Shown here piece after piece: positions 13,641 to 27,390 of a stretch of DNA of 64,000 nt (positions within the stretch are counted from its first letter, which is position 1; every line of letters starts with the position of its first letter). Source of the stretch: the human T2T-CHM13v2.0 reference genome, Homo sapiens. A program made the translations under genes and the position numbers. The notes beneath the pieces were generated by a model that made no database searches, was not told the origin of the DNA, and saw only the letters and a program-made list of their open reading frames with translations. The stretch is from assembly GCF_009914755.1 (NCBI RefSeq), contig NC_060945.1. One strand, written 5' to 3'.

Positions 13641-14370
13641 CGAACAAATATAAATATTAAACACTTCACTTTGTCTTCAAAACTGCTCAAAACACTTCAC
13701 TTTGTCTTCAAAACTGCTCCCAGAATTTTCCTAGCATTTTTGGTGATTCAACATTCATGTCAAACCACCACACTTGGGCTCCCCAGTTTCTTCATTTCCT
13801 CATTGTTGCATGCACAAATTTTTCTCTGCTCTATCTCAGCCACATCCTACTCCTTCGGTTATTCCTTAGACCTCCAAAATTTTAATTATAAGCATTTTTC
13901 TCCAAGATCTCCCTCATTTCTTTACTTATCTTAATCATTCTCTTCCAACAGCACTTCATCTACTTTGGGAATGCCAATGAATCCGATTTCTTCTTCACTC
14001 GTCATTACCTCTATGTCTGCTCTTTCTTTTCTTGTTTTTTATTGACCCAGTTTAGAGTTTACAGAGTCCTTAAATATAATCACTACTTTGAAAACATCCT
14101 CAGCTGTTTTGCTCCTCTTGACTTTGCTTGGCAAAACTCAGCCTTGGCTAAAACGTCTGGCCATTTCACACCTGCATCCAAGCAACTGAAGTTGGCTAGA
14201 AACAATTGCTACCAGCATGGACTGGTTCCACTTTGAATTCGTAACACAACCTCATGTAGGTCCTCAGCACTGCCTGACTAACCTGTTACTTTCTGTTGTC
14301 AATTTTTTTCCACACCCAGAAACAACTATTTCATACTTTCTTATCTACCCTCAAAATGCCAATATCCTTC

Positions 14371-14700
14371 TGTATCAGTGAGTTTTTGCTGTGTAACGGG
14401 CAAGGACACAATCCCAGTGGCATACAGTGGTAAGGATTTGTAATCATGCTCACAGGTTTATGCATCAGCTGGAGCTCCTTGTTTCATGTGTCTCTCATTA
14501 TTCTGGTACCGCCTGGTTGCCAAGGGCATATTCTTCTCTTGACAGTGGCAAAAGCACTCTGTTCACTTCATATTTACTCAAATATCATTGGCCAAACTAA
14601 GTCACAAGGCCAAGTCCCACATCAATGAGGTGGGAAAGTATATTCTTCAGATGGAGATGGCAGGGAAAGGGAGCGAATATTTGCTGAATAATAATCACTC
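14371..14700 (-). mobile_element. Old MLT1 (H/J-like) LTR
   Basis: ttgctgtgtaac...cattggccaaactaagtcacaaggccaag...gaatatttgctgaataataat. Confidence 0.65.
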
Positions 14701-15769
14701 CCAATTGATGACCTTGCTTTATTTCATTGAACAATCAACAGAGATCTACCTTATGTTTTCCCCACCAAATCTGCTAACCCAACAGCATTTGTCCGTCTCA
14801 TGCACTCTGCCTTTGCTCCTGTGATACAGGGCCTGCTGTGTCTAAGCCCAACCCCTCCAACTGTGCCTTGGATATCACTGCTTCTGTCTATACAGCTGGC
14901 TTCCTTGGATCATCCCTTTTCTCTTCTCTCATGGATCACTCTCATCAGCAAACATGCTGTATGATCTCCCATACCAAAATGTTGTTCTTTGAATTCTCAT
15001 CTGCTTCTAGTCACGAACTTAATTTGCTGATCTTTACAGCAAAACCTTCAAAAGAGTTACTTCCCCAAATCAGTTTCCACTCTCTCGTCTGTCAGGCTCC
15101 CTTCTTTCCATTCCTATGAAGGATTAATTCTCCACATTGCAATCACTTTTGTCAAAGTCATCAACCACCTCCATCTTGTCAAATCCAAGGCACAATCTGC
15201 AGTCCTCATCTTGTGTGATGCACCAGCAACATTTGATACACTTGATCACTTCCTTCTTGAAATCTCATTTGGTGTCTATGAACCTCGATTCTCCCCATCC
15301 CATGTCACTAGCTTTTCTTTCTATACTTTTTATTTTTAGGATTGTCCTCTTCTTGTGACCTCTAAATATTGGTTGAGACTGGACTAAGAGTCATTCTGGA
15401 CTCAGTTTTTTGTTCTCTTCTCTTCTTTATCTACAACTCCTCCCTAGGTAGTTTCACTGTCTCATGGCTTTAAAAACCATAAATATGATGATAGCTTCAT
15501 GTTTTTTCTTTATCTTTGACCTCCTGCACTAAACTCAATATTTGTTATCCAATTTGCTATTTGGCATCTCATGTGGATATTGAATGGACACCTCGGTATA
15601 CATAGGAATATCAGATTTCTTCCCAAACTCACTGCCCCTCAAATCAGTAAATGGTGCTGCTAGTAGTCAGGCTACCTGGCTTTGGTTCTCTTCTTTACAT
15701 ATTTCATTCATTGTCTTGTTGGTAATATCCTTAAAATACATCTGGAATTCATCTATTTGTCATCCCTTC

Positions 15770-16340
15770 TGTGGTAGGCAGAATTGTGGCCCCTCAAAGA
15801 TGTTCATGCTCTAATCCTTAGAACCTGTAACTATTACTTTACATGACAAAAGAGACTGTGCAGATGTAATTAAGGTAATAGACCTTGAGACAGGAGATTA
15901 TCCTAGATTATCTGAGTAAGTCCAGCCTAATTCACATGAGCCTCTAAAAGTAGAAGAGAAAGGCTGAAATGTGGGTCAGAGAGATATGACATTAGAAGGA
16001 CTGAACTGCTGCTGCTGGCTTTAAAGTTGAAGAAAAAGGGTCACAACCAAGGAATGTGGCAGCCTCTAAAAGACGAAAACAGCTGTCATTTTACAGCTTG
16101 GAAGAAAACAGAGACCTTGGTCCTTTGGCCAAAAACAAACTGAATTCTCACAACTCAAACAGGAAATAAGTCATTCCCTAGAGCCTCCCAAAAGGAATGC
16201 AACCTTGCCCACACCTTGATTTTAGTCTCAGGAGACCATATCAGCCTCTGATCTACAGAACTGTAGGATAATAAATTAGTGCTATTTTAAGGCATTAAGT
16301 GTGTGACAACTTGTCACAACTGCAATAGACAACTAATATA
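15770..16340 (+). mobile_element. MLT1D/E-like solo LTR
   Basis: tgtggtaggcagaattgtggcccc...gcaatagacaactaatata. Confidence 0.85.
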
Positions 16341-16437
16341 ACCTCCATTACTATCATCCCATCAAAGCCAGCATCATCTCTCCCCTGCAATAGTCAACTG
16401 ATTGCTTCTACTCCATAAAATAATCAGAGTGATATTT

Positions 16438-16746
16438 ATTTATTTATTTATTTATTTATTTATTGCGATGGAGTCTCACTCTGGCGCCCAGGCTGGAATG
16501 CAGTGATGCGATCTTGGCTCGCTGCAACCTCCACCATATGGGTTCAAGTGATTCTCCTGTCTCAGCCTCCTGAGTAGCTGGGACTACAGGTGCCCGCCAC
16601 CACACCTAGCTAATTTTTGTATTTTTGTTAGAGATGGGGTTTCACTATGTTGGGCAGGCTGGTCTTGAACTCCTGACCTCAAAAAATCCACCCGCCTCAG
16701 TCTCCCAAAGTGATAGGATTACAGGCGTGAGCCACGATGCGCAGCC
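16438..16746 (-). mobile_element. AluS with (TTTA)n tail
   Basis: Full dimer; 13-bp TSD cagagtgatattt (16425-16437 / 16747-16759). Confidence 0.95.
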
Positions 16747-18518
16747 CAGAGTGATATTTTAAAACGTAAATCAGATCATGCCATTCTCCTGCTCAGAAGC
16801 CTCTAAAAGTTTACCAATACATTAAATAAAACCCAAATTTTTGGCCATGACCCATAAATCTCTGCATGTCTGATGCTTGCATGTCTGCGTAAATTAACAC
16901 GATCTTGCATTCTTCCATTCTTTTCTCTTGTTTTACTCCAGCCAAACTGGTCTTCTTGCAAAATTCTCAAACACACCAAGCTCCTCCCTGTCTCAGGGCT
17001 TTTATCCTTTTAGCACCCTTGCCCTTGAATCTTCACTCCTTCCCCAGATGCTCACCAGGTTTGTTTCCTCATTTTATTCAGGTCTGTGTTTCCATGGTTC
17101 CTCCATCAGCGGAACTCTGACAACCGTATATAAAATCACTCCATGTCCCACTCCTGTCACCTCTATTTCTTCACCTGCTGCATTGTTCTTGGTAGCATTT
17201 ATTTGTGTTTGAAATGAGTATCATGGATTCATTTCTTTACTAGTTTATTGTATGTCTCTGTTCCCAAAAGCTAGCTTCATGAGGGTCCCTGAAAATTCTG
17301 TCTCGTGTGTTGCTGTATTATGTGTTTCTGGCTAGACAGCTCCTGGCATATAAGAAGGGTTCAATATGTTTTTGTTGAATGAATAGGTAAAGGGCAGAGT
17401 GTGGCTAGGGTGTCTGAGCCTTTGATTCAATGAATCCATCTCTTCCATGCCTCACATGTTTGGCAGAGGGAGTAAAGAGAGACACTGAATTTTCTAAATG
17501 ATTAATTCTTTATCAGGCTGATCACCACATCTGTGAGTTCACTGGGTGCAGGGTCTCTGTAGAGCTACAGAAGGCAGTACTGCTGAATGAGTCTGCTGGC
17601 ACATTGTGTATTTCCCAACACAGCAGAATTAGGGTCCCTGAGACAAGTCAAACGAGGAGCATTTGAAGGCCTGGTCAGCTGCTGCCTCAGGACTTTGGGG
17701 CTCAGGCGTTTAAGAGTTCATGACATTTTTCTTGCTTCTTTGGTTTTCTGCTGAACCTACATGCTTCTCAAATATGATGATTACTGGAAGAAGATTCTCC
17801 CCTCTTTCCACTCACAATGTGAGCTGGTCCCATGCTGTCACCACCTGGGGGAGAGGTCACCAAGCATGATCTTCTGATTAAGTCAGGCATCCAGCATCTC
17901 TCATTTCTGATGACATCACTAAAATGTTGACAAGGGCATATGATGCTAAAAAATACTTATTTATAGAACAAACCCCTTTGTTTAGGGAGGTGAGTCTGGC
18001 AGATGTGTCCTTGGGCCTGTGAGGAGGACTTTTCCATTTTGCCGCTTACTTCTTCCCACCTGTGCTTCAGGACCCAGTTTGCACAGTAGAACTCCACCTT
18101 CTTTGTTCACGTCATGAGTTTGTAAGTTTGACCAAATAGTGCTTTGTTCTGGTCAAGTCCAGGATCAAGCAGCATTTTCTAGTGCATGTTGACTTTAGGA
18201 TTTCATATGTCGTGATCTACAACTCAGGAGCCATGCTGAGCTGCATTCAAAAAGTGCCTTGTGATGGGTAACAATAACCCTTGACATTTATTGGAGACAA
18301 CTATGTGCCAGACTCTGTGTGAGAACAGCACTATATAGGCACAGTCCCTTCTCTTCCATTCTCTTTCCACCAGCTTCATTCTGGCTTCTGTTCCCATCAC
18401 AGCACTGAATCAGCTCAGGTCAAGGTTACCCATGACCACCATCTTGTCAAGATCCAAGAGAATCACATGGGTCCCCTCCCTCGCCTCAGCATTTGATTCA
18501 TTTGACCACTTGCTTCTT

Positions 18519-21500
18519 TTTTTCCCGCCATTTTTTCTATTTCAATAGGTTTTGGGGGAACAGGCAGTGTTTGGTTACATGAATAAGTTCTTTCATGGTG
18601 AGTTCTGAGATTTTGATGCACACATCACCCAAGCAGTGTACACTGTGGGCAGTGCATAGTCTTTTATCCCTTGTCATCCCCCATTGTTTTCCCCAAGTCC
18701 CCCAAGTCCAATGTATCATTCTTATGCACTTGCATCCTCATAGGTTAGCTCCCACATGAGTCAGAACATATGATGTTTGGTTTTCCATTCCTGAGTGACA
18801 TCACTTAGAATAATAGTCTCAAATTCCGTCCAATTTGCTGCAAATGCCATTATTTTGTTCACTTTTGCAGTTGAGTATTATTCCATAGTGTGTGTGTGTA
18901 TATATATATATTTATCATATATGTATGACATATATATATAACATTTTCTTTATCCTTTTTCTATATATATATATAACATTTTCTTTATCCACTTGTTGAT
19001 TGGTGGGCATTTGGGCTTGTTTCATATTTTTGCAATTGCAAATTGTGATGCTATAAACGTGTGTGCAAGTATCTTTTTTGTATAATGACTTCTTTTCCTC
19101 TGGGTAGACACCTAGTAGTGGTACTGCTGAATCAAATGGTAGATCTACTTTTAGTTCTTTAAGGAATCTTCACACTGTTTTCCACAGTGGTTGTACTAGT
19201 TTACATTCCCACCAACAGTGTGAAAGTGTTCCCTTTTCACGGCATCCATGCCAACATCTATTTTTTTAAATTTTTTTGATTATGGCCATTCTTGCAGGAG
19301 TAAGGTGGTATTGCATTGTGGTTTTGATTTGCATTTCCCTGATTATTAGTGACGTTCAGCATTTTTTCATATGTTTGTTGACTGTATATCATCTTTTGAG
19401 AATTGTCTATTCATGTTCTTAGCCCACTTTTTGATGGGATCGTTTATTTCTTTTCTTGCTGATTTGTTTGAGTTCTTTGTAGATTCTGGATATTAGTTAT
19501 TGTTGGAGGTATAGATCGTGAAGATTTTCTCCCACTCTGTGGGTTGTCTATTAACTCTGCTGATTATTTATTTTGCTGTGCAGAAGCTTTTTAGTTTAAC
19601 TAAGTCCCATCTATTTGTCTTTGTTTTTGTTGCATTTGCTTTTGGGTTCCTGGTCATGGGGTCTTTGCTTAAGCCTATGTCTAAAAGAATTTTTCCAATG
19701 TTATCTTCTAGAATCTTTATGGTTTTAGGTCTTAGATTTAAGTCTTTGGTCCATCTTGAGTTGATTTTTGTATAATGTGAGAGATGAAGATCCAGTCTCA
19801 TGTCTCTACATGTGGCTTGCCAATTATCCCAGCACCGTTTATTGAATAGGGTGTCCTTTCCCCACTTTATGTTTTTGTTTGCTTTGTGGAAGATCAAAGT
19901 ATCTGGATTTATTTCTGGGTCATCTATTCTGTTCCATTGGTCCATATGCCTATTTTTATACCAGTACCATGCTGTTTTGGTGACAAGTATTCGGCTTTAT
20001 TTCTTGGTTCTCTATTATGTTTCATTGGTCTATGTGCCTATTTTTATACCAGTACCATGCTGTTTTGGTGTCTATGGCTTTATAGTTTGAAGTCAGGTAA
20101 TGTGATACCTCCAGATTTGTTCTTTTTGCTTAGTCTTGCTTTGGCTATGTGGGCTCTTTTTTGGTTCCATATGAATGTTAGGATTCTTTTTTCTAGTTCT
20201 GTGAAGAATGATGGTGGTAGTTGATGGGAATTGCATTGAATTTTTAGATTGCTTTTGGCAGTATGGTCATTTTCACTATATTGATTCTAACTGTTTATGA
20301 GCTTGGGATATGTTTCCATTTGTTTGTGTCATCTATGATTTATTGCAGCAGTGTTTTGTAGTTTTCCTTGTAGAGGTCTTTCATGTCCTTAGATATATTC
20401 CTAAGTATTTTTTTTTTTTTGCAGCTATTGTGAAATGGGTTGAGTTCTTAATTTGATTCTCAGCTTGGTCACTGTTGGTATATAGCAGAGCTACTGATTT
20501 GGGTACATCGATTTTGTATCCTGAAACTTTGCTGAATTTGTTTACCAGTTCTAGGAGTTTCTTTGATGTGTCTTTAGGGTTTTCTAGGTGTATGATCATA
20601 TCATCAGCAAATAGCAACAGTTTGACTTCCTGCTTACAAATTTGGATGCCCTTTATTTCTTTCTCTTGTCTGATTGCTCTGGCTAGGACTTCCAGTACTA
20701 TGTTGAATAGAAACAGTGAACGTGGGCATCGTTGTCTTGTTCCAGTTCTCAGGGGGAAAGCTTTCAACTTTTGCCCATTCAGTATTATGTTGGCTGTGGG
20801 TTTGTCATAGATGGCTTTTATTACATTGAGGTATGTCCTGTATATGCTGATTTTGCTGAGGGTTTTAATCGTAAAGAGATGCTGGATTTTGTCAAGTGCT
20901 TTTTCTGCATCTATTGAGATGATCATGTGATTTTTTGTTTTTAATTCTGTTTATGTGGTGTATCACATTTATTGACTTGTGTATGTTAAACCATCCCTGC
21001 ATCCCTGGTATGAAACCTACTTAGTCGTGGTGGATTGTCTTTTTGATATGCTGTTGGATTCTGTTCACTAGTGTTTTGTTGAGGATTTTTGCATCTATGT
21101 TCATCAGGGACATTGGTCTGTAGTTTTTTTTGTTATGTCCTTCCCTGGTTTTGGTATTAGGGTGATACTGGCTTCATAGAATAATTAGGAAAGATTCCCT
21201 CTTTCTCTATCTTTTGGAATTCTGTCGGTAGGATTGGTACCAATTCTCCTTTGAACATCTGTTAGAGTTCAGCTGTGCATTTGTCTGTCCCTGGACTTTT
21301 TAGTAGGCAGTTTAAAAATTACCATTTCGATCTCACTGCTTGTTATTGGTCACTGCTTGTTATTGATCTCTGTTAAGAGATTCCATATCTTCCTGGTTTA
21401 ATCTAGGAGGGTTGTGTATTTCCAGGAATTTATCCATCTCCTCTAGGTTTTCCAGTTTATGTGCATAAAGGTGCTCATAGTAGCCTTGAATAATCTTTTC

Positions 21501-23113
21501 TATTTCTATAATCCTTTCTATTTTTATTTCTTTCCTATATCAGTTGTAATATCTCCCATTTCATTTCTAATTGAGCTTATTTGGATCTTGTCTTTTCTTT
21601 TCTTGGTTAATCTCACTAATGGTCCATCAATTTTATTTATGTTTTCAAGGAACCAGCTTTTTGTTTCATTTATCTTTTGTGATTTTTTTTTGTTTCTGCA
21701 AATTTGGTTGTAATCTGATCTTCAGTATTTCTTTTCTGCTGTGGGGTTTGGGTTTGGATTGTTCTTGTTTCTACAGTTCCATGAGGTGTGACCTTGAATT
21801 GTCTATTTGTGCTTTTTCAGACTTTTTAATGTAGGCATTTAATGCTATAAACTTTCCTCTTAGCACTGCTTTTGCTGTATCCCAGAAGTTTCGATAGTTT
21901 ATGTCACTATTATTGTTCAGTTCAAAGAAATTTTAAATTTCCATCGTTATTTCATTGTTAACCCAATGATCATTCAGGAGCAGGTTATTTAATTTCCTTG
22001 TATTTGCATGGTTTTGCAGGTTGCTTTTGGAGTTAATTTCAAGTTTTATTCCACTGTGGTCTGAGAGAGTACTTGTTATAATTTCAATATTCTTAAATTT
22101 ATTAAGACTTGTTTTGTGGCCTATCATATGATCTAGCTTGGAGAATGCTCCATGTGCTGATAAGTAGAATGTTTATTTCGCAGTTGTTGGGTAGAATGTT
22201 CTTTAAATATCTGTGAAGTCCATTTGTTGTAGGGTATAGTTTAAGTCCATTGTTTCTTTGTTGACTTTCTGTCTTGATGACCTGTCTAGTGCTATCAGTG
22301 GGGTATTGAAGTCTCCCACTGTTATTATGTTGCTGTCTATCTCATTTCTTAGGTTTAGTAGTAATTGTTTTATAAATTTGGAGGTTCCAGTGTTAGGTGC
22401 ATATAAATTTAGAATTGTGATATTTTTCTGTTAGACTAGTCCTTTTATCATTATATAATATCCCTGTTTATCTTTTTTAACTGCTGTCGCTTTAAAGTTT
22501 GTTTTGTTGGATACAAGAATAGCTATTCCTGCTTGCTTTTGGTGTCCATTTTCATGGAATATCTTCTTCCACTTCTTTATCTTAAGTTTATATGAATCCT
22601 TATGTTTTAGGTGAATCTCCTGAAGACAGCAGAAACTTGGTTAGTGAATTCTTAACCATTCTGCCTTTCTATATCTTTTAAGTGGAGCATTTAGGCCATT
22701 TACATTCAATGTTAGTATTGCAATGTGAGGTACTGTTCTATTCATCATGCTTCATCATGCTATTTGTTGCCTGAACACCTTGTTTTTTTTTTTTCTCATT
22801 GTGTTATGTTATAAAGGGAGTAGCAAATTCTCTCAGCATTTGTCTGGAGAAGACTTCTTGCAAGCTCTGTTTATTTTTTAAAAATTCCTTTTTCTTTGTC
22901 TCTGACGGATTGGATTAATTCAAAACCTTGTGTTTGAGCTCTGAAGTTCTTTCTTTTTCTTTGATTCTATTGCTGAGACATTCCAGTGCATTTTGCATTT
23001 CTCTAAGTGTGCCCTTGATTTCCAGAAGTTGTAATTGTTTTTTTATTTATGCTATCTATTTCACCAAAGACTTTTCCTTTCACATTCTGTATCATGTTTT
23101 TGATTTCTTTAAG
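18519..23113 (-). mobile_element. L1PB-like LINE-1, 5'-truncated in ORF1, disrupted ORF2
   Basis: L1PB-type 3' end at ~18530. ORF 20381-20926(-) encodes the RT core (…LFADDMI…); ORF2 start (MNRTVPHIAILTLNVNGLN) at 22745(-). 18-bp TSD tttgaccacttgcttctt at 18501-18518 and 23114-23131. Confidence 0.93.
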
Positions 23114-23131
23114 TTTGACCACTTGCTTCTT

Positions 23132-24060
23132 CTGAGCCACCTTCTTTGTTGGCTCTTATGTTGCCTCATTTTCTTGATTTTCCTGCTACTTCAAATTGCT
23201 TTCTTTAGTGCTTGTTTTTATAAGATTGCATGTTGGAGGACCATTTCCCTTGTCCTTGTTTTCCTGTTTGTTTACACTCTCTGTGTAGGTAATATTTTAT
23301 GGTCCAATGATTTTACATACCACCTATATGCTAACAGCTTCCCAGTTTATCTTAGCCTTGTATATAAAATGCCCCCTTGACATCTCTATTTTGATGTCTA
23401 CTAGGCTGCTCAAAGCAAAATGTCCAAAACAGAACTTTTGATCCTGTATAAAATATGGAGAAAAATCTGGAAGTAGATCTTAATTCTTTTCTTTCCTTCA
23501 TTGTGACATACAAATCCACAGTAAGTCCTGCCAACTCTACCTTGATACTACCTTTCCTCAGCTCATCCACTAGGCTCATCCCCATGGCTCCCATGCAGGT
23601 CCAAGCCACCATCACCTCTTGTCTAGAAAACTACCCTAGACTCTTTATGGTCTCGTTGCTTTCACTCTACCTCCAGTACGTGTCATTCTCTTAGCAGCAA
23701 GAAGAGTCTTTAAAAATGTAAATCAGATAATATTATTTCCTTATTAAAACTATCCAGTGGCTTCCCATTATACATAAAGAAAAAAATCCTCCAAGATTTC
23801 TTAACCTGGGTGTGCCTAATTATTCTGACTTCAGTTATCCCCCCAACCCTTGCCCACCCCATCAGCACACATATGCACTAGATGACCATGTTGCAGCTTC
23901 TCTGGTCTACCTGCCTTCCCCACATTGGTTGACCTTCTTTCCGTCTCATGACCTTTGCATTTGCTGATCCTCTGCCTTCAGCACTGTTTCCACACATCTT
24001 CACACCATTCAGGTCTCAGAGGTATGTCACCTCCTTAGAGAGAGCCTCTCTTCCTTGCCT
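23132..24060 (+). mobile_element. L2 fragment (continuation of the L2 at ~18360-18500 split by the L1)
   Basis: ccacctatatgctaacagcttccca, aaatcagataatattatttcc, ttcaggtctcag L2 motifs. Confidence 0.7.
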
Positions 24061-24182
24061 GATAAGTAAACTGAGGCTCAGAGAGGTCCAGTAACTTGCA
24101 TGAGGCTACCATGCTAGTAAGTAACATATGTGTAATCTGAGCCTTGAGGTTCTGATGCTACATCCTGTGTCTTGACCACTAT
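24060..24182 (-). mobile_element. MIR fragment
   Basis: aaactgaggctcagagaggt...aacttgc MIR core. Confidence 0.75.
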
Positions 24183-24921
24183 TTTATCTGTCTTTACTCA
24201 CCCATAATAGTGGCAAGAGAACACAGCACAGTGCAGGGCTTGCTGGGGGCCACACCTGCAGAAGATACAAAGAATGGAGGAAAGAAAAGGAGCAGAAGAA
24301 GGAGGAAGTGAGCCCATAGCCCATAACATTTTTTGGCAGCAGTAGCAGAGCCCAGTAACAGAACAATTGGATGTTGAATAAAATGAAGAGTGAGCCATTA
24401 ACTCCTCAGTACAGCCAAGGTTAAGATATCAGGTCATGATCCAGAGATGAGAAGATCAGGCCTGCAAAACCAACCTGCTGTGCCAGCTAGAAAAGTATTA
24501 TTTATTTCCTAGGGAACTAAAATAAGAATAAAAACCCAACTTGTACTTGTGTCCATGATTAGTATCTTATTCCTGATTTAACAACTCACTTGATATTCTC
24601 AGTAATTTATTGCAGCATGAGTGTTATTCTCAAGTAAGTCCTTTAGTTCACTATTACTATTAAAATAACTGCAATGGATATTGGTTGAAATAGAAATATC
24701 TGAAAATGGTGGATTGGGATTGAGCAGGAGAGAACGATGGAAATAATAATAAGAAGAGTGGACATCAACTGTCCTGTTAGGTCATTTAGGTGTTCCTTTT
24801 GGGTACATCTCTACAGCAATCTTCTGGGGAGAAAGAAAGACAGGAGGCCCCTATGATGGGGCCAGGGAAGAGGATAGTAATTACATAAGCACATTGAGAC
24901 ACCGATATAATCTTCAGTGCA

Positions 24922-25369
24922 TATACTGACTTTAATACTGTCTTCCCAAATTCATGTCCATTCAGCATCTGTGAATGTGACTTTATTTGGAAATAGGGTC
25001 TTTGCAGATGCAATCAAGTTAAGATGAAGTCATTAGGGGGAACCCTAGATCCAACATGAATAGTGTCCTTAAAGAAGGAGAAATTGGAAATAGAGAGACA
25101 CATACACAGGGAGAATGCTGGGTGAAGACAGACAGAGGTGAAGATTGGAGTAATGCGTATACAAGCCAAGGAGCACCATAGATTGCAGTCACCACCAGAA
25201 GCTGGAAGAGACAAGGAAGGATCCTGCCCTGGAGGCTTCAGAGAGAACGTGTTCCTGCTGACACTCATTTCAGACTTCTGGCCTCCAGAACAGCGAGAGC
25301 ATAAATGCCTGTTTTTATAAAGCAGGCAGTTTGTGGTCATTTGTTAAGGCAGCCCTACGATTTAATACA
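24922..25369 (+). mobile_element. MLT1C-like solo LTR
   Basis: gaatgtgactttatttggaaatagggtctttgcagatg...gcagccctacgatttaataca. Confidence 0.85.
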
Positions 25370-25459
25370 GCAAATCTAAATAATTGGCTATCACAGATGA
25401 TTACTATAAGTAAAATTTCCGCAGAATTGCTTTTTCTTCTGTTGACATAGCATATTTTT

Positions 25460-26100
25460 ATTTTAAAAACTAGTTTTTAGGAATCTATATGAACAGACAG
25501 TACATTCACGTGGTTCCAAAATTAAAAACAAAGCAGGGAATGACATGAAAAGCCCTCCTCCTTCCCCGGCTCCTGTTTCCCCTCTTCACAGACATTTTTA
25601 AAATTCATTTCTTGTGTATTCTTCCAGGAGAATCATGTGCATCTACAAACAATTCAAGGACATATTCTTCCCCTGTTTTTAAAACACAAATTATAGCATA
25701 TCATACTCTGCTTTGCACCTTGCTTTTTTTCCACTCAAGTATATATCCTGGTAAACTTTCCACATAAGTCTATGCAGAGCATCTTGACACATTTTTACAG
25801 CTGTAAAACTTTCCATTGTATGATTAGAATGATAATATATCCAGTTGGTCCTCTCATGAAGGCAATTTAGATGGCTTCCAATATTTTGCTATTATATACA
25901 AAGCTGCAAGACGTCACTTTATATATATAAATGCTTCTTGATTCATGATGGGGCTATGTCCCGGTAAACCATCATAAGTCAAAAAATCCTAAGTCAGACC
26001 ATGGCAAGTCAGGGATGGTCTGTGTGTCATTTTATGTATTTGTGATTATATATGTAGGAAAGAATTCCACAAAAGTGAAATAGAATCCTAAGGGCATATG
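25460..26100 (-). mobile_element. Old L1M (L1ME-like) 3' fragments
   Basis: catttagatggcttccaatattttgctatta type L1 3' motifs. Confidence 0.6.
25926..26022 (+). mobile_element. MER47C-like Tigger MITE
   Basis: atgcttcttgattcatgatggggctatgtcccggtaaacc...aagtcagggatggtctg. Confidence 0.7.
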
Positions 26101-26109
26101 CATTTGTTG

Positions 26110-27390
26110 TTTTTAAAAATATATTTTATTGTGGTAAAATATACATAACAAAATTTGCCATTTTAATGATTTTTAAATGTACAGTTCAGTGGTATTAAGT
26201 ACATTGATATTGTTGTGCAACCATCACCAACCTCCATCTCCAGAATATTTTCATCTTCCCTAATTGAAATTCTGTACCCATTAAACACTAATTTCCCATT
26301 CCCCAGCACCTATCAGCCATAATGCGACTATCCATCTCTATGAATTTGACCACTCTAGGTATCTTACGCAAGTGGAATCATACAATATATTCCTTTTGTG
26401 TCTGGCTTATTTCACTATGTAAATGTCTTCAAGCTTCATTCACGTAACATGTGTCAGAATTTCCTTCTTTTTAAAGGCTGAACTATAGTCCATTGTTTGT
26501 ATACACACATTTTGTTTAACCATTCATCCATCGATAGACATTTGAATCATTTCCACCTTTCGATTACTGTGAATAACGCTGCTGTGAACATTAGTGTACA
26601 AACATTTGTTCTAGTCCATGCTTTCACTTCTTTTGGATATATTCCCAGAAGTGGACTTGCTGGATCGTACAGTAATTCTATGTTTAATTTTTAGAAGAAT
26701 CACCATATGGTTTCCACAGTGGCTACACCATTTTACATTCTCACCAGCAATGGTGGGAACTCTGATTTCTCTACATCCTACATCCTCACCAATACTTGTT
26801 AATTTCTGGGTTTTCTTTTTGGATAATAGCTATCTTAATGGGTGTGAAGTCGTATGTTATCTTAGTCATCTTGAGCTGTTATAACAAATATATTATAGAA
26901 AGAGTGACTTAAACAACAAACATTTATTGCTTTGGTTCTGGAAGCTGGGAAGTCCAAGATCAAGGTGCTAGCATGTTTGGTGTCTGGTAAAGACACTCTT
27001 CCTGGTTTACAGATGACTCACTTCTCTGTGTATTCTCACAAAGCAAAGAGGAGAGAAAGAGAGAGAGAGAGAGCGAGTGAGCTCATGAGTCTATCCTCAT
27101 CAGGACACTAGTCCTATTCATGAGGGCTCCACCCTCATGACCTAATCACCTTCCAAAGTTACCATCTCTTATTATACACTGAAGTTAGTATTTCAACATA
27201 TGCATTTTCTGGGGACACACATTCAGTCCAGAACAAATCTCGTGATTTTGATTTGCATTTCCCTAATGATTAGTGATTTTGGGCGTCTTTTTATTTGCTT
27301 ATTGGCTATTTGTATATCTTATTTGGAGTAATGGCTAAATTAAAGTCTTTTGCCCATTTTTTGATGGAGTTTTTTTTTGTTGCTGAGTTC
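26110..27390 (-). mobile_element. L1MB-like 3' region, interrupted by an LTR at 26858-27235
   Basis: tgtggtaaaatatacataac...gtacagttcagtggtattaagtacatt; resumes with ttttgatttgcatttccctaatgattagtga. Confidence 0.85.
26858..27235 (-). mobile_element. MLT1A/MSTD-like solo LTR
   Basis: ggaagtccaagatcaaggtg...gagggctccaccctcatgacctaatcacc...ggggacacacattcagtcca. Confidence 0.85.

Larger units (their letters stand above)
13720..17385 (+). mobile_element. Fragmented L2 LINE, interrupted by MLT1 LTRs and an Alu
   Basis: Pyrimidine-rich L2 ORF2/3' motifs (tcaaatccaagg, aaatcagatcatgccattctcctgctca) ending in the L2 tail tgttgaatgaat ~17373-17384. Confidence 0.75.

Noticed and set aside
19568-20926. 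ORFs with reverse-transcriptase/ORF2p similarity
   Set aside because: Fragments of a dead L1PB ORF2 broken by stops, frameshifts and a duplication; not a host gene.
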